Source: Methanomicrobia archaeon
GTDB lineage: Archaea; Methanobacteriota_B; Thermococci; Methanofastidiosales; NM3
Direction of reading: 5' to 3'
DNA length: 64,000 nucleotides
Assembly (NCBI GenBank): GCA_030603445.1
Contig: JAUVXU010000008.1
Location: forward strand, 16,770-80,769
Positions 62,183-64,000 of the stretch are shown here, piece by piece. A program made the translations under genes and the position numbers. Every line of letters starts with the position of its first letter. The first letter of the stretch is position 1. Below the pieces are notes generated by a model that worked only from the letters and a program-made list of their open reading frames with translations, was not told the DNA's origin and did no database searches.

Positions 62183-63109
62183 TTAATAATATTCCCAAAT
62201 AATTACTTCTTCGTAATTTCCTTTAATCTTTGCGTACCATTTAAGGGTATATACATCTAGATAGATGTATTGATTTTTATGAGTTGTGTAAAGGGTGTTA
62301 TCCAAAGCCTTTACTTTAATAGTTCCTGTTTTAGGGGATAATTGAATAGCGGATACTTTTTCTGAACTTGTTAATTTTATTAGATCATATTTGTATGTGT
62401 AGCCGTTTATCGTTTTATTCCATATTTTTGGATCAAGCCCCATGTCTGTATAATTATAATCTCCCCATGTGCGGATTTTTACTCCGTTTGAAAGCGCATC
62501 ATACGCAACTCCCCTTATAAACTCAGCGTTTTCTGGCATAGTATTGTCATTAGGATCATACCCTTCAGGAGATTCGTATTCTTCTATTAATATTTCAGCA
62601 GTTCTTGTAAGTGTTATGAATGGGGTGCCCTCTGCGTTAGAAGCAACGATATCAATGACACTGATAAGTGACTCATCGCTAGTGATATCTATTGCATCTA
62701 TAAAAACATCCACAGTAATAACATTGCCTACAGGTATTGTGATGCCTCCGGTTTCCAGATTGCTCAAGCTAGATGTGAAAGTTACATTGTCCGGATAATT
62801 GCCATCATCAAATATCTTTACAAAAATAGTCTCATTTAAGTCATTCTCTATTTTAAAAATACTTTGTATTTCAACTTTTTCTCCCTGTGGCACATCAAGA
62901 ATATGAAGCTCAAATGCACCATTATTATCTGAATCATGAAAATATTCTGGGTTCTCAGTTGTTGGATAAAGAGATACAACTCCTGACGTATCATCTACCA
63001 ATTGTAATGAAACATCGCGCTCAATAGATAATGTAGTATAGGCGCCTGAACTTATGATTATCATTATTAAAGCCAGCATAGAAAAACCGGCCAATACATA
63101 TCCTTTCAT
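62183..63109 (-). CDS. DUF1102-like secreted protein with an extra C-terminal domain
   Basis: Signal then SSGAYTTLSIERDVSLQLVDD; F.I.N motif; homologous to 63242-63718. Confidence 0.7.
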   Translation of the reverse strand: MKGYVLAGFSMLALIMIIISSGAYTTLSIERDVSLQLVDDTSGVVSLYPTTENPEYFHDSDNNGAFELHILDVPQGEKVEIQSIFKIENDLNETIFVKIFDDGNYPDNVTFTSSLSNLETGGITIPVGNVITVDVFIDAIDITSDESLISVIDIVASNAEGTPFITLTRTAEILIEEYESPEGYDPNDNTMPENAEFIRGVAYDALSNGVKIRTWGDYNYTDMGLDPKIWNKTINGYTYKYDLIKLTSSEKVSAIQLSPKTGTIKVKALDNTLYTTHKNQYIYLDVYTLKWYAKIKGNYEEVIIWEYY

Positions 63110-63209
63110 ATAATCGACCTTACATTTTCTCTTTTTTCACTTTAATAAATATATGCTACATAATTTATATTATTGCATCGAATTGATAAAATTAAAAAGA
63201 TAATAAAAT

Positions 63210-63238
63210 TGTAAAAGGGGGCAATACCCCTTTTTACA
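63210..63238 (-). terminator. Stem-loop directly after the small DUF1102 gene
   Basis: Plus-strand TGTAAAAGGGG-GCAATA-CCCCTTTTTACA inverted repeat. Confidence 0.6.
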
Positions 63239-63241
63239 GTA

Positions 63242-63718
63242 TTATACTGCAGTGGCGTTTATGTTTATGCTTGTAAGCACGCTGTCTCCCTCGGAGAGGC
63301 CTTCTGTATCCATCTTCATTGATACTGACTGCATCTGTCCTGGAGCAAGGGTGAATGATGTAGTGCTTAGGCTAACGTTGCTTACAGCAGATTCCCCGTT
63401 AAATGGCAGAAGTGTAACAAGCACGTCCTGCGTGCCGTTGTTTGTTATTGTGAATAAATCCTCTATTAGTATTTCTGCATCGGCGTTGACGCCTTTTGCG
63501 ACGTTTCCTATATCGATGAAGAACTTGCCGGATTCATCGAATCCTGCATACTTTCCGTTTGGCCCTTCTGCAGGGTTTATCCCGAGGATAGCTGATGCGT
63601 CCCCGACGACGTTAATTGTTGCGCTACGATCCGCCGTAACGGATGTGAAGGCCCCGGTGGACATGACCAGAATGGCAGCCACAAGGATTCCGAAGAGAGG
63701 CAATAGTTTTTTCATCAT
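63242..63718 (-). CDS. DUF1102-like secreted protein (candidate major fibre subunit)
   Basis: Signal then STGAFTSVTADRSATINVVGDASAILGI; GVNADA, LFTITNNGTQ; AGGTG SD. Confidence 0.8.
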   Translation of the reverse strand: MMKKLLPLFGILVAAILVMSTGAFTSVTADRSATINVVGDASAILGINPAEGPNGKYAGFDESGKFFIDIGNVAKGVNADAEILIEDLFTITNNGTQDVLVTLLPFNGESAVSNVSLSTTSFTLAPGQMQSVSMKMDTEGLSEGDSVLTSININATAV

Positions 63719-64000
63719 GATTCATACACCTTTGAAGTGATATGAACTTAGTTGTCCTCTTTCCTTTAAAAAGGAAACGAACTTAAGGTAAGGAACAGTG
63801 TTCTTTTTTAACAAATCCCCCTTTAGGGGATTTGTATTGTTATAAGCAGAATTCAAGCCTAATTCTTGCTTCTTTTATTAATTTCATAATAACATGTCCA
63901 AAATTCATATACTATCATATGCCTCAAGCAAAAAAGAGAATAATCCTATGTGTTGGATACGGCAACTACCTGGGAGTAAATAAGAAGGAAGGAAGCTTCG

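Overview
Low-GC archaeal chromosomal segment, probably a euryarchaeon near Thermococci/Methanofastidiosia. The lineage is inferred from LonB, archaeal AsnA, PurP, SepRS, the McrA-type YcaO, TYW1 and prefoldin. The window is mostly housekeeping: glmU/glmM, lonB, nadE, alaS, a divergent purine cluster (purP x2 | purC-S-L-Q-F-F-D-T-E-M), truD, tetraether synthase, a cobalamin-type ECF pair, ycaO, sepS, tyw1, map, alaX, ahcY, a two-component set, asnA/Lrp and six tRNAs, including an intron-containing tRNA-Trp. The most notable non-routine signals are: (1) three related attC-like hairpins at 33.0-34.4 kb bracketing two single-gene cassettes, i.e. an archaeal integron-type array with no integrase in the window; (2) a SepRS whose amino-acid pocket motifs appear remodelled; (3) a purP gene that seems to start at ATA; (4) two candidate surface-fibre loci (WxL-like, and DUF1102/signal peptidase); (5) a degenerate tRNA-Val 3' half that looks like an att scar. 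All family calls come from reading motifs by eye, not from database searches.
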